This document shows, in pieces, positions 37,031 to 51,019 of a DNA stretch of 64,000 bases. Under the pieces are notes generated by a model. That model searched no databases. It saw only the letters and a program-made list of their open reading frames with translations, and was not told the DNA's origin. The DNA is taken from assembly GCF_018350175.1 (NCBI RefSeq), contig NC_058380.1, positions 1,054,001 to 1,118,000 of the forward strand, written 5' to 3'. Every line of letters starts with the position of its first letter. The stretch's first letter is position 1. The DNA is from Felis catus (lineage: Eukaryota). A program made the position numbers and the translations under genes.

Positions 37031-38204
37031 CCTAATTTTCATTTTTAAAAACGATTTGAAACCACTTTACTGAGGTGTCATTCCCATACAAAAAGCTGTA
37101 CACAATTAACGCAGACAACTTGGAGCCTCAGGAGTTAAGTGCACACACAGGACACCCTGGCGGCCCCCAGAAGCCTCCTCTTGCCCTTTCATTCATTACC
37201 AAGATCTGTGATGAGGCTTGCTCTCACAGTCCCTCAGGGGTGACACCTTCTGTCCAGGAGGTGCCTCTGCCTGAGAACATCACCGGGCCTCAGGCCACTC
37301 CTGGAGCCCTCCATGCCCCGCCCAGGGGTCACCACCTCCAGGAAGCCCCTCGCTCCTGGGCACAGCTGCCCCTGGCTGGCCCCCCAGGATGCACCCGCAC
37401 CCCTCGGCCCTGAGCCACCAGGCCCTGCACCGCGCCTCCTGGGGCACAGGGGAGATCGCGTTTCGGAAGTCATGAAAGATGCAGGCTGGAGGCAGGCTGC
37501 AGGGGAGGGGCGAAAGCAGCATTCTCTGCCCCCTGTACCCTCTGCGGCTGGAAACTTCACCCTGGAAAATGCTGAACTACGGGGGTGGGGGTGGGGCGGG
37601 GGCGGGGACGGGGCAGGGGTCGTTTTTGCCGTGTGTCTTACTTACTAAACTTAATCTCATCTAGAATAGTGTACCAGGAGGAAGGGAGGAGAATGGGCGT
37701 GTGCAACAGCGGCAGTCAGGCAGCCCCTCCTTCCCTCAGCCCTGGAAGCTAAGTAGCAGAGGCACCAGGTTTAAAATTCCAGATCGGAGCACTGGGCCCT
37801 CAACCCAGCCCCGCCTCGACCCTGCACTGCTGACTGCGGCGCTCCACACACAGCAGCCCCACCGGGGTCACGGCTTGGCCTCTTCACACGAGACTGCAGC
37901 TGTGCCCACAGCTGTGGGGGGGCCAGCCCCAGGCCGCACACGCCCCAGCCCACCGCCTAAGGGCCTGTGTGCCCGCAGCGGGCGGCTGGGCTGGCCACGC
38001 CTCATCACGTGTGCGCTGCTGCGAGGGGCGGGCGTCCCTCGCCTGTGGCGGGAATGTGCTCCTGTCACAAACCAGAAGTGCCAAAGCACCTTCCCTCAAG
38101 GCCACCGCAGTGCTGTCCTGGTCTCCAGTCCTGGAGAAAAGAGCTGGGCGCAGACCTTTGGAGGGGCTCCCACCTGCTGGGGGCAGGGTGGCCAGGTACA
38201 TATA

Positions 38205-38385
38205 CGCCCAAGAGCACACACCCATAAGCACGTGTATGTGTATGCGTATATAAACACGTAAACACGCATGCACGTGTAAACACGCACAAGCAGACACACG
38301 TGAGCAAATACGCACACATGCTCGGTGCACACGCATGTGGGCACATGCACATATTAACCTATAAACAGGCACACGCACACATGCA
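38205..38385. repeat. Degenerate alternating purine-pyrimidine (CA/CG/TG) tract
   Basis: cacgtgtatgtgtatgcgtata...cacgcatgcacgtg...cacgcacacatgcac. Confidence 0.7.
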
Positions 38386-38795
38386 CAGCCAGGCTGACTG
38401 TGCTGGCCTCTGGGCTGGAGGAAGAATTCCCTTTTATTCTGAGCCTTCCACAACCGTTCGAACCCTTTACAGCCACACGCACACTCAAATACAGAATGAC
38501 ACGTCAGTGCCCCCAGCATGGGGACCCTGTGTCCCCACTCTCCCCTGTCCTGGGTGCCCCCGCCCCGTCCTCACACTCACTGTGGGTAAACTGAGGCTAG
38601 CACAGGAAGCACCTTATCCAAAGCAGAGACCAAGGGAGGGCTGCACTTTGACCCGTGTTCCCCTCAGGCCTGCAGAGGGGGCTAGGGCTGGGGCTGGGAT
38701 CAGGGCCGGCGAGGTGGAGCTGTGCACTCACTCGGCCACTGTTCGGCACCCCCCACCCCCACGGCTCCAGTGGTGTGACCTTAGGACAGCCAACA

Positions 38796-38981
38796 CCCTC
38801 TGGGCCTCAGTCTCTGTGTGCGACCCCCTCTGGGCCTCAGTCTCTGTGTGTGCGACCCCCTCTGGACCTCAGTCTCCCATGTGTGCGACCCCTCTGGGCC
38901 TCAGTCTCCCGTGTGTGCGACCCCCTCTGGGCCTCAGTCTCCCGTGTGTGCGACCCCCTCTGGGCCTCAGTCTCCGTGTGT
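38796..38981. repeat. About 31-bp minisatellite, about 6 copies
   Basis: Unit ccccctctgggcctcagtctcccgtgtgtgcga. Confidence 0.92.
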
Positions 38982-41900
38982 CTGACAGGGCCAGGAGCAG
39001 GCATCCTAAGGTTCTGGTGGATCTGGCCCCTGCCTCAGAGCCTCAAGTGGCAAGCACGCCCCTCCTGGTGCAGGGCACTTCCTGCCCACGCAGCCATCTG
39101 CTTCCTGTTCAACCCGTGCAGGGATAAGGGGCGCCAGCCAGGAGGCCAGTCAAGCCCCGCTCACCACAGCCTGGCTGCGTGGCCTCGACAACGTGCTCCC
39201 TGTAGCTGGCCTCAGTCTCCCCATCTGTGTGCCCCGGGCTGCACTCTGGGAAGCTCCCCTCTAGTGGACAGGGAGCATCAACCCTCCAACCTGGCCTGTC
39301 TGCCCCAGAGAGCCCGCTGTCCCGGGCACAGTCTAGCGGGGCAGGGTGGGAAGGCCGCCGGAGCCCTCGGTCTGAACTGCCAGCCTGGCTGCCGGGAGCC
39401 ACGCTGGGAACCTCCCACACAGACCTCTGCCCGTGACCTGAGTAACGCAGGGAACAAACACCCTGGTTAATGTGTCCCCAGGGCCAGGAGGACTTCCCCT
39501 AAACCTCAACGGTGGTATCGGGAGCCGGGCGAAGCGGCAGGTGAGCTCTGGAGTTCTCCCCCTAAAATCCAGGAAGGAGCCTTGTGGGTTGGGAGCCAGA
39601 GCCCAGGAGGGAGGCCCGCCTTCTGTGGACAGAGGGCCTGGGGGCGTTCGCAGCTAGCCCAGGGCCACAGTGCTGTCCTCAACCCGGACAGGGAGGGAAT
39701 CGGGACGGATGTGAGCCCAGATCTGCAGCGCCCAAGTGCCTGCTTCGGCCGTAGCTTCACGGAAACACTCCAGTCCAGCCCAGGCTCGGGTAGAGGAGAT
39801 GGCGTGCCCGCCCCAGCCTCCAGCTCCCCGGGGAGTTGAGGCCAGGCCTGGGAGGAGCCAGGGGTCTGGGTTGCTGACCGCCCCCCCCATCCTGCCCACC
39901 CTGACTGCTGCGTGGAAGTGTGGAACGGGAGCCCCTGCCCAGAACCCACCTTCATGTTTTCGGAAGAGACCAAGGCCCCCACCAAATCCATGGCGTCCAT
40001 CGGCTGCCCGGTGAGGAGCTAGGGTAGGACTCCTGCTGGCACCTCTCCCCAAGACCCCTGAATCCCACACCAGGGTTCTGTGCCTCAGTTTCCTCATCTG
40101 CAAAATGGGCGATCAGACTGAATGAGGGGTGCAGAGGCCCTTTGGTCTGTTGGAGCCCAGCCAGCCAGGGCAGACGGCCTGCTAAATGAGCTGCACGGAT
40201 TTGGAACAATAGATCCGAACAACAAGAGAAAGGACAAGCCCAGGAAATGGCCGTGTGCCCTGAGCAGGACCCAGGGGCCTGGCCCACCACAGCTCCTCTG
40301 CTTGGGCACAGTAGGTGCCGGTGGGAACGGGGCTCTGGAGTCCTTCCCTCTGGGGAGGGACCTGAGAACCGAGGTGGGTCTGGCAAGACCTGGAGTATCC
40401 CTCATCTGACCCACCCATCTGGCCATGTGCCATCTCTCATGCCTGGCATGGAGGCCACAAGGCCAGCACTGAGAGGTGTCTCGCTCCATGTCAGTGTCCC
40501 TGTCAGTGTCCCCACAGGAAGTCTCGGTGCGGGGCAGAGGGAGGGGGTTTCCCACAGCAGCTGGGCCATGGGCTGGGCAGACCTGCTTCCTGTGGGCTCA
40601 GCACTGGCCGGCAGTGACCCCGAGGCCTTTTAGAACTTGGCCAAGACCCTGCCAGCCTCAGGATCTTTCCGGGAAAGCAGAAGTGAGGGAGAGAGCCCAG
40701 ATGCAGCCCCCGGAGCCACGCCCCACCCCCCTGCTCCCCCCCTGCTGTGTCCTCCGCTGGCTGTGGCCCCAATGGCCACCACAAGGTCCAATGCAGCTGC
40801 CCCCAAGCCGAGAGACACCCCGGGCAGGACACAGCCGAGGGTCGTTTTCACACAACATTCAGGTTTGCTACTCGTCCTGCCACCAGCCGCAGGTGAGAGA
40901 GACACCAGCTCTCTCCTGCAGGGGCCCCAGGCAGCCCGGCCTCCGTGAGGGCCGTGGGGGCACAGGCACGGGGTGAGGAGCACCTGCGGGGTCCATCTGC
41001 TCAGCGGTTGCACGGAGGGCTCTTCCCTGAGCCCGGCCACCCTGGGAAGCGAGTGACCCCGCCCCACTTCCCACTAGAGAACACTCCAGCCCTCAGTGGG
41101 TGTCCTGAGGCTGACAGGGTCTTTCGGCCTGGGCCTCCCAGTCAGCACCCCCCGCCGCCAGGGCTGTGCTGGGGACACAGGACCAACCTAGCCCACCCAC
41201 TCTGCCGTCCAGGGCTCCTGTTCCACTCGGCGCATCCAAAGACCCCAGGGGTCGCCCCTCTCGCCAGTGAGACTTCCTCACACAGGTGCCGGAGGCTCAG
41301 ATTTGAGCAGGTGCTGTGAAGGAAAGGCTGTGCCTGTCCACAGGGTTCCTGCCACGGGGAAAGGAGCCACCCTGGAGTCATCACCAGCAGCGGGCAGGAA
41401 AGTGGACACTGTGCCCAGCACACGCACGAGCCCATGTGGTCCTCACCACGATCTCTGACGAAAGACATTGCTACCATCCCACATCACAGAGGAGAAACTG
41501 AGACAGAGTAACGTCCCGCAGACACAACAAGGCAGGTCCTGAAGGTGGGAGGGCGAGGCAGAGGCTGGGGAGTGGCGCTACGTGGGTCTGGGCCGCAGGC
41601 ACGGTGAGATCCTTCCAGGAGACACCCACACCCACACCGGCTCTCGGGGGCCATGGAAGGGCCTGACCTCCTGTCACACACGTCCTCCCCAGACTTGCTT
41701 GGGCCTTTCCCTTGCTGTTCTCTCTGCTTGGGATGTCCTTGCCCACATGGCAGACGGCCAAGCCGCACCACAGTCGGGTCCTGCAGCACGCAGCGCCAGC
41801 AGCCCCCTGTGCAGGAGCCCTCCTGACCCCCCTCCCCCCACCCACACAGCAGGGCTCCAGGCTCTGGCCTTGGTTTCTCCGCCTGGGCTGGTCTCAGCAC

Positions 41901-42779
41901 TGACGTAGCAGCTCAGCGATGATGGGGGAGGCATCTCCCACCTGACCTCCCTGGGCCTGGGGTTCACAGGACCCTGCCTGCCAAAGCTGAGGGGAGCAGA
42001 GAGAGGCTGGACTGGAAGGCGCAGCCACAGGTTGGGAGGTGAGCAGGATCCCTCCTTTCCAACTGGGGTGTGTGTGGGGGGGGGTCGGATTATTTCTCCC
42101 TTTCCAGACCGTGCACGGGGGGAGGCCCTGAGAGGTGAGGCAGCCTCCCCGAGTATGCACGCCCACAGCTCTGAAGGGCTTACATGCCAGGGCAGGTCAC
42201 TCAAGGACCTTCTCGGTCCTCAGTTTCCTCACCACCAACCCAGGGACAAACATCCTGTGCCACCCTAGGGCAGTCAGGCTTTCCTGAAGGGTCAGCACAG
42301 AGGCTGGGCCCCAGAAAGCCTCTGTCAAGAACAGACAAGGATGGAGAGAATGGAGAGGATTAGTGGGGTCACCAGCACACAGGGGGCCTGCCCTGCCATC
42401 GGGGTCTCACTCACCCCAATGTCCTCCCCCACCCCCAACCCGGCCTATTCCCCACAGCTGAGCCGGCGCTGCCCCAGCCCGGTTCACATGGCTGGGAGAC
42501 GGCCATCCCTGCCCCCATCGCCAGGGGGTCAGAAAGTGAAAGAATGTTCAAAGTCAACAAGTCACCAGAGAGCCATGCCCAGGACTGCATCACAAACAGA
42601 GGTGCTGGGGAAGTTCTGGGCCCAGGGAACAGGGCACGGACAGCCCCCCCCCCGCCCCCTCCCGCCCCCCACAGGACCCAGGGGCAGCGGGGGAGCCACC
42701 ACTTGTAAAGTGGAAGTCGGGACCACTTCCAGCGCCTGTCCCATGCCCACGGCCGTCCGAGGCCAGGAGGGCATGTTTT

Positions 42780-44130
42780 GCAGAGGCCGCGGTGGAGACA
42801 GGAGCGGAGCCACAGCGGCCTCAAGTTCCCCATCGGGGCACGCACTGGATAGTGCGGTGGCGGCGAACACAGCGGGTGACGTAACCGTCTGCCCGCTGCT
42901 GGCCCCGGGCCCGGAGGCTGGGATCCTGCGCGTCCGGGCGCGCACGAGCGGGAGGGGATGCGGGGGCCGAAGTTAGAGGCCGGCACGGGAGGCGGGGGAA
43001 GGTGGCGCCCAGGCCACCCCGCCGCGCGGCTCGGCGTACGCACCTGCCGGCCCGCCCGGCGACCCCGCCGGCGTGGCCCTAGCCCCCGGACCGCACGTCG
43101 GACCCGACGGCGGGGGGGCGCACGCGGAGCAGAGACCCCGGCACCCCGCAGTGCGGAAGCGGGCGCGCAGCCGGCCGGCGACCCCCGGTGCCCGGGGAGC
43201 AGCGGGCGCGGGGCCCAGAGAGGGCGGGCGCCGGCCAAGATCGCACAGCGGCGAGGACGGGGCGGGGCTTACCGGGGCGTCCGGGGAGCCGGGCGAGCCC
43301 GGGCGCAGGTCGCCGTTGAGCTCGAACTCCTCGGTGCCCGATTCCATGGTGCGGCAGCCAGAGCCGCCTCGCTCGGGGCCTGAGCGCGGCCCGCGCCTGG
43401 GCCCCGGGGACCCCGCTGCGCTCCCGCCCTCGGCCCGCCCCCGGCCCGCCCCCGGCCCGCCCCGGACTCCGCCCCCAGACTCCGCCTCAGGACTCCGCCC
43501 CTCCGCCCAGCCGGGGCGGGCCCGCGGGACCCTGAAGACCCTCCCTCTCGCCGCGCGGGCGGGGGCGGGTCACGTCCGGCTCTGCCCACGTCTTGGACAC
43601 TTTTAATCCACGAAATGAAGCCAAGAACCATCCTTCCCCGGGCCACTTCGCAAACTGCTGGGCGCGCCAGGAAGGCGAGCGCGCCGCTGCCAGGGAGTGG
43701 GGGTTCTCGGGCGCCCCACGCCCCCGGGGCCGACCCGCACGCTCAGGAGGTGGGGGGCGGTGGGGGCAGCAGAGAGCCGCTTGGTGCAGCCCCCGCCCTG
43801 TTGGCGCAGCCTCCGTGTTCCCAGGCGGGAGACAGGTCCTCTGGTCTGGGGTGGCGCCCCGTGCCAGGGCGGGCCGCTGCGGGCGGCCAGAGCGCGTTGG
43901 CTCCCCCAGGCCTTGGCTCAGTCGGCCGCTGTTTCCCAGGGCGCCTGGCAAGACGCGGGCCGCTCCCAGGCGTCGGAAGCCAGGCGGATGCGCAGGGGCC
44001 CGGAGGAGCCGGGCGTTACCTCCCGGGGCCACGGTGTCCTCGAATCCTGACCCTGAGCCTGCTGCCAGGCCCAGCCGCTTTTACCACTCCCGCTTCTCCC
44101 GCGGTGTCTGCCGATGTCTCCGCCAAAGCA
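42780..44130 (-). promoter_or_regulatory. NINJ1: NINJ1 CpG-island promoter and exon 1 region
   Basis: Very high CpG density, tandem CCGCCC GC boxes at 43420-43570, and CRE/ATF-like TGACGT at about 42877 and 43570. Confidence 0.88.
43273..43347 (-). CDS. NINJ1: NINJ1 exon 1 coding part
   Basis: gcaccATGG strong Kozak. Encodes MESGTEEFELNGDLRPGSPGSPDAP. Donor CCG|GTAAGC at 43272. Confidence 0.96.
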
Positions 44131-46884
44131 CCCTAGTGTCCGTGAGCAGGGCCACTGGCCCCCTTGACCCTCCCCGCGCCCCTGGCTGGGGTCCCTCCAG
44201 GCTGCCGGACTCTATAACCCTGAACCACCATAGCTGTGTGGGCTGGGGCAGGTGACTGGACCTCTCTGTTTCGGCTTCCCCATCCGTGGTCTGGGAATGG
44301 TCTTCTTAGGCCCTGTGGGCTGATTATCCGCACCCCCCCCCCCCCACAAGAAGGTAAGTAGCAGTGCCCCAGGTCAGGAAGCAGCGAGTTAAGTGGGTGA
44401 ATTAGCTGGAGTTGTTGGCTTGTTCATTCATCAGGTCATCATGGAACGCCTACTGTATGCCGGGTCCTGTTCTAGACACAGAGCTGCGACAAGGTGAGGG
44501 GGCGGGGGGGCAAGGTTTGTGGGACAGGCAGGAACCAGCCCACAGCAGCCCTGCGTGGGGCCAGGTACGTGGCTTTTCTTACAGCCTCGGGAAGTAGGCT
44601 CTCTCCCGCTTGCCTGATCCGGAAAACTGAGGAAGGGGGAGCGGGGGAGGCCGAGGAGGAGGAGCTCAGAACTTCTGGGGCCTTTGCAGGCCGTCTAAGC
44701 GGTAGACTGGATGCCCCCCCAGCAGGTCTGCGTGGCCAGCAGGAGGGCACCGTGGGTGTGGGAACCCAGTTCCTGGTTTGACCAGGATCCTCACCACACT
44801 CCAGGCTGAGACCTCCCCTCCCCCACCCCATGCCTCATCCCTGCTGGCAGAGGAGTTTTATAAGTGAAAGCAAAGGCATGGAAAATGCAAGTCACCCAGG
44901 GGATTTATCAGAAAAAGGGATCTTCCACTAAACCCTGGTCTGGGCCTCCTGTTGACCTTTCCTCCCTTGTGTGGGGGAGTAGCAGGGCCGGCAGGGGGTA
45001 GCACTGCCAGGGGGCAGCCATCCCAGGGGATGTCGGTCCTGCCCACTTACCCCATACCCAGGTCTGTGAAGGAGCTGCCGTTGGCCCAGTTCAAGGCTGA
45101 GGGAACTGAAGGCAGGACAGGTGGTCGGTGCCTCAGTCCTGCTTTGGGCGGCCCTGAGCTGAGCGGGGACTCTGCAGTGCCCCCCGGGGTCTGGGCAGGC
45201 CTGGGCACAGGGCCCCGTACAGCAACACACAGTTGTTCTCACAGAGCCCACACCTGACTGTTGACAAGTGGCCGGAAATGCAGAATTTTAAATGTTAGCA
45301 CCTTTCACACAGAATGGCATAAACTCCCACCCCAGGGGCCACGCTGGCCAGGAGGGAGGGTCCTGAGAGTGCAGGGGAGGCTGGGCGGTGGGGAGAAGAG
45401 CCTCGGCCCCTTCCGCAGGTGAGAGGGTCTTGTCTTGGTGGGCCGTGTGGGGGCTGCGGGCGGGAAGGCTCCGGGGGCCCTGGGTCCCCCATCCTGAGCT
45501 TGTCTCTCCTGTGGGCCCCATGGCCGCTCAGAGCTGAGGTTCACCATTCCCTTGGTCCAGAAGGAGGATGTCAGGAAAGGTCCCGGTGTAACGATTCAGC
45601 ACTTCACCTTCCGGGGGTCAAGGTCACAGCCCTCCCAACAGGGTCTCGCCCTCCAGGCCCAACCCCCACCCCATTGTGTGTGTGAGGGACTTCCTGGACG
45701 GCTGTGTCATCCTCATTTGCCTATGAAGTGTCTGCTTCCCTGACTGCTCCCAGCACGGACCCAAAGGGGCCGGGCCATCTTGCTGTGTGTCCTCACTACC
45801 TGCTTTCAGATTCTCCTGCAGAGACCGGATGCTGAACTGAAGAGAGGGTCCGTGGGCAGAGGATCACGGGGAGTGTCCCGGGCTGGCCGTGCTCCCCCAG
45901 AGAGGCGCAGAGACGTGGCGGAGAGGCTGCACGTACCAGCAGCACACGTGTAGATACACCCGCACACTCAGTTAACCTGGCCCCACCGAGCTGCGTGACT
46001 AGGGAAACACTTCCCGGCTGACAAACGGGGGCGCTGAAGGTGAAGCACCCCAGCCCATAGGACACCAAGGCCAGTGCCCAGTGTGGGAGGGCCCTGGAGC
46101 CCCCGTGGGCCCCTGTCACCTGGAGCAGGCCCCCGGAGGTGAGAGCTGAGCAAAGGAGCGGGGCAGCCCTGGTGGCAGCTTCATGCCCCAGGCGGGCAGA
46201 GAGCGGACGCCTGAGCAACAACCCTCCTGGCCAGGAAGGACACAGGCCTCCCCGCGGAGAGGCCTGCAGCCCAGCCACCGCACCCACCCTGGAGCCAGGG
46301 AGGAGCATCACCTGTGCCCCCGCATTACCGCGGGGAGGGCTCGACCCGCCGCCTGGGGCCTGGGAGGATGCGCCTCCAGACAAACCGTATTTTGTGGACC
46401 GGAGCCTTAGAAGGCCGCTGGCTCCTGGCCGGTCTCCCTCTCTGAGAGGCGTGGATCCCTGCCAGTGGTGTTTCCACATATGGAGGGCAGGAGCAGTGGG
46501 GGGAGAGGTGGCATGACCCGCCCAGGCCCCCCCAGCCCAGCGAGGCAGGCTTGCGCTCGGTCCCGCCCGGGAGGCCCCGCCCCTCCCACCTCCAGCAGGG
46601 CCCGGCCCGCCAGCACACGCCCAGCGCCAGGCAGAGCCGGGGGGTGACAGACACGCCTTGGGAGCTGGTGGCCCATGCCCACTGGCCCCCCTGGGGCACC
46701 ATTACCTGGCGGCGGGTGGGCCGGGCTCTGTGCTCTGTCAGGTACTTTCGGGGACCACGGCTCCCACCAGATGGGTGCACGGGGCCAGGGGGTGGAGCAG
46801 GGCTGACCTTCCATTTCCAGAAGGACAGGGAAGGGAGGTCAGGTCTATGAGGAGATGCTGTGCCACCGCCACACTTTATTTATT

Positions 46885-47101
46885 TGTAACTTTTTAAAAA
46901 GATTTTCCTTCAACATTTATTTATTTCTGAGAGAGAGTGCACGCGAGCGTGTGCTTGCATGGGTGGGGGAGGGGCACAGAAAGAGAGGAAGAGAGGATCC
47001 CAAGCAGGCTCCCCGTGCAGCTCCGTCCCACGAACTGCGAGATCACGACCTGACCGGAAATCGAGTCAGATGCTCAACCCGCCGAGCCCCCCAGGTGCCC
47101 C
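46885..47101 (-). mobile_element. Diverged CAN-SINE
   Basis: Degenerate head and body with T-rich tail. Confidence 0.8.
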
Positions 47102-47976
47102 TTCTTCCCCACTTGAAAGACAGGAGCAGAGGAGCTTGCCAAGGTGGCACAGGCATGCCTGGGTCAAGGATGGCAACGGGCCAGGTGGTGTGAGCGGGAC
47201 GCCCACGTAGGTGTGTGCACCACCTCCCACAGTCCCCCAGCGAGTCGTGACACGCCCAAGACCACCCAGTATGGCACAGCTAGCCCTAGAGGGCCCCCAG
47301 CCCCAAAACAAAGTGAGCGCCCACCGTGAGGGAGACACTGAGTTGTGGCCCTCCGTGTTTTGGAACGCCTTGTAGCCATTTACAGAGCAAGGGGGTGGCA
47401 GGCTGGCTGGCCTGGAGGGACCCGCCCGGTACCATGGAGAGAGAGCAGTGACAAGTGGCTTCTTCCTGAGGCCCTGACCCACCCGTCTGTCCTGCCCGTT
47501 TGTGCACTGGGTTCTCCCAGAGCAGGGTGGGGCTGACTCACTTGTCATCTCCAGGCATCTTTACCCAGCAAAGCCTTTGTCTTCAGCAGCCAGGGCAAAG
47601 GGGGCAGGGTCCACGGTCCCCCCCACCGGCAGTTCTTCCCTTCTGTCTCTGTCACAGACTCCTGATTTTTAGCTTAGCAAGTGGCCTCCCAGAATAGAAG
47701 CTGTGTTTCCCAGCCTCTCCTGCTGCTAGGTGTGCCTGTGTGGCTACATTCTAGCAGTGGAAGGAGACGTGCAACATCAGGGAAGAGACCTTAAACAGAG
47801 GGGTTTTATTTTTTATTTTTTTAATTTTATGTATTACTTCCTTTACTTTTTACTTTGTCTTTCCTGCTGGGTGGAATACAGTTGTAATGGCCAGAGCTCC
47901 AGCAGCCACACTGGCCCACGAGGAAAACTTGGGCCTGGGAGTCTTACACAGCAGAGCTAAAGACAGAAGAACCCAT

Positions 47977-48206
47977 GGGGAGTCTGGGTGGCTCAGTCGG
48001 TTAAGCGTCCGACTTCGGCTCAGGTCATGATCTCGCGGTTCGTGGCTTCAAGCCCCGCATTGGGCTCTGTGCTGACAGCTCAGAGCCTTGAGCCTGTTTC
48101 AGATTCTGTGTCTCCCTCTCTCTCTCTGACCTTCCCCCGTTCACGCTCTGTCTCTCTCTGTCTCAAAAATAAATAAACGTTAAAAAAATAATTAAAAAAA
48201 AAAAAA
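47977..48206 (+). mobile_element. CAN-SINE
   Basis: Head, CT tract and A tail, flanked by an aaagacagaag duplication. Confidence 0.92.
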
Positions 48207-51019
48207 AAGACAGAAGCCTGTGTCCCCAGTGCTTGAAGTACAGGCCCTCCCTGGGCTGCCCACCTCAAGACTTCTTGAGTGTGAATAAGAAAAAAAAAAA
48301 ATCTATCTTGTTTTGAGGGTTCCATAATTTGGGGGCAGGGGGCTTGTGATACTCACAGTTGATCTGGACCCTGGTTTTTAAATATGTGTTATGCTTTTCA
48401 TTAATAAATAGATTCCATGGACTCTGTACCTCAGGGCCTTTGCACTCTCCATTTTCCCTGTCTGAAGATCCTGTCCCCAGGCCTCCATGTTGGTGGCTCC
48501 TTCCTGTCACCTGATCACAGACCACCCTTCTGCAGTGGCCCCTGGCCCCCCTCACTCTAGCCCAGGGTCAGCTCCCGAAAGCACCGTGCTTGCTTACGCG
48601 CACGCTGTCTGCCCCCTCCCTGACGCAAAGCCCCAGGCACCGCTCGCCCGCAGCCCACACCCTGTGCTGCCCAGGGCATGCCCTAGCCCTGTCTGCTTTG
48701 TCCAGCCTCCAGGCGTCTCTCATCCCGGCTAGCCCTGTCCAGCCCGTGCTCCGAAAACCACTAATGACAGAGCTGCTGGGCTCCAAATTCTCTGCCCTGA
48801 CATTGACCGCTGACTCACACCAGGAAGCTAACGGGCCACAGGTGGTCGTGGGAGTGAGGGAGTGTGTCTGGAGCCCCGGCAGGGCAGGTGACCTGTGGTT
48901 TGGTGAAGGGACATTGCCGGCAGGTCAGGTCTAGGCTGGGTTCCTCCTTCCTCTCCGAAGGTCAGCTGCTGACCCTGGCCGGTCTGGCGGACTGGGCTGA
49001 ACCACAGGCCGAGAGGAGGCCCTCTGGGCGGGCAGTGGCTCCCGCCTAGTACACCAGGCCTGAGAGCTCTGCCCCTGGCACCGGTGCTCAGAGAACAGGT
49101 GCTGAAGGCCCCGGGCGCGCACGCACCCACCCACACCCACAGCCTCCCTGCTGAGGGCCAGAGCTTCTCATTCTCCAGGTCTGGGGGTCGCCTCCTCTGG
49201 GAAGACTGAGAGCAGCCCTAATCCTGCCCCTCCCAGGGACACTCCCCACACTGAGGCTCACGGCAGCTTCCCGCATGCTTCCCGCCCCTGCCTTTGGGTC
49301 CACGGGTCTGGCCGGGAGCCCACGGGTTGTGGCCCAGTGGAGGCACTGCCACCAAGGGGCCGAGGACGGCACTAGCAGGTGTTGCTGAGCCTCGGGCTGG
49401 GGGCTTGGTGCGTGCCCTGTCTCACTATGGGGTGCTGCACCCCTTCTGCCACGGGCAAACTGAGGCTCCCAGAGTGGAGACTTGAACTCAGTTCTCCCCA
49501 GCCCACCCCACCCACCCCAGACGGGTGCTGGGAGCTCCCTGGAGGCCGTGGTGGGGCGCACGGGGTGCCCAGCCACCTCAGACCCCAGGCTGACAGCAGA
49601 TTTGCTCTCCTCAGGGAGACCTCTGCAAATGCCCCAGGAGCTGCGGCAGGGGAGGGGCTTGTCCCCGTCCCCCGTCCCTGCCCTGAGGCCCCCAGCCCTG
49701 CCTGACACCACGCAGCCCCCATCCGGAGGGATATCCCTGTCCTGCTTCTGATTCGACCAGCGTCAGAAACACTGAGGGCCTCGGCTTTCTGGCCCACGCC
49801 CAAGTCCCGGGGGGGTGGGCTGTGCGGCTGGTCTGGGGACCCCAGGTGGAGCCCCGAGGTGGAGATTGAAGTCAAGTCATGGATCTGACCGAGGAGCATG
49901 GGAGAGGAGGGCCCCACACACGTGCTGTCACTCATTGCCCTTAGCGCTGGGCACGTGTTCTCTGCTGTGGGAAAGCCAAGGCTGGTCAGTGCGGCGTGTT
50001 AGGAATGAGTCTGCGTCCGTCTGGGAAGGAAAGAGGCCGACAGAGGGTCTGTCCAGGTCCCAGGGCCGCCCGACATGGTGTTCGTGCAGCCGGGTCCCCA
50101 AGGACCACCTGTCACCGGTCACGTCTTGTGGTTGCTGAGCAAACTGGGTCCGACAGGCGGCGAGGCAGCCTTCCTCCTGACAAAGGGTCTGTCACCGCTC
50201 AGCAGGGCTCCGGGAGGACCTTTTCCTGAGAACAGCTGCCGGGTGGGTGGCCACACGGGAGCAGGATGCCCTCTGCCCTCTGGCCGCTGCCCCCCTCTCT
50301 GACACTTGGTGACCCGTGTCTGACCGTGTTGGGCTCAGCGGCCTCCTCCAGGTTCCCCCGGGTCTGCTGCTTTCCTTGTCTCCAGCCAAGGCTGAGCAGA
50401 GAGATTCTGCGTTGATGCCACAGCTGCTCCTTCCTGAGGAGGGGTGCAGAGGTTTGGGGGTGAGGCAGGGAGGAGACGGGAGTGCCCTGGTGGCCTGGTG
50501 GCGTGGGGGCCCCCAGTGCTCAGACCTCCGAGGCAGGTTCCAGGATATGCACGTGACCTGCTGGCCTCTCCGTGGGGCCGACAGCCCGGCCGGCCCGCGG
50601 ACGTCGTTTGTGCTGCAGAGGCCGCGGTCTGTGGGGTCGTTCCCCAAAGCGCCACGTCTCCTGTCCCCGGCTCTGATGGAGTGCAGGCGGGCAGCGGGCC
50701 AGGCCCCGGCAGGCCCGTTGCTGGGCAGAGCCCCGGGCAGCATGCAGCAGGCTCTCCGTGAGGGCATCTCACGAGCTAATGGAAACCCTTCCAGCACAAA
50801 GGGGCATTTATCGGAGTAGATGCCGTGTCTCCGCCAGAACTCGGGAGGACAGAAATAGCCTTTCACAGAGCGCCAGCAGGGCTGGGCTCTCCTGCTTGGA
50901 GGGTGTCAGTTTGCCGGTTCCTTCTCTGTGCAACCTGTTCATATTCATGGTGAGTTACTCACTCTGTCCTGGGCAGGGGACTCCTTGTTCCCTCTCTCCT
51001 GCTAGAACTGTTAGACTGG

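Noticed and set aside
40543-40553. Isolated kB site GGGGGTTTCCC and other single AP-1/CRE motifs such as TGACGTCA at 9652
   Set aside because: Single short motifs are expected by chance in 64 kb, and these show no supporting cluster.
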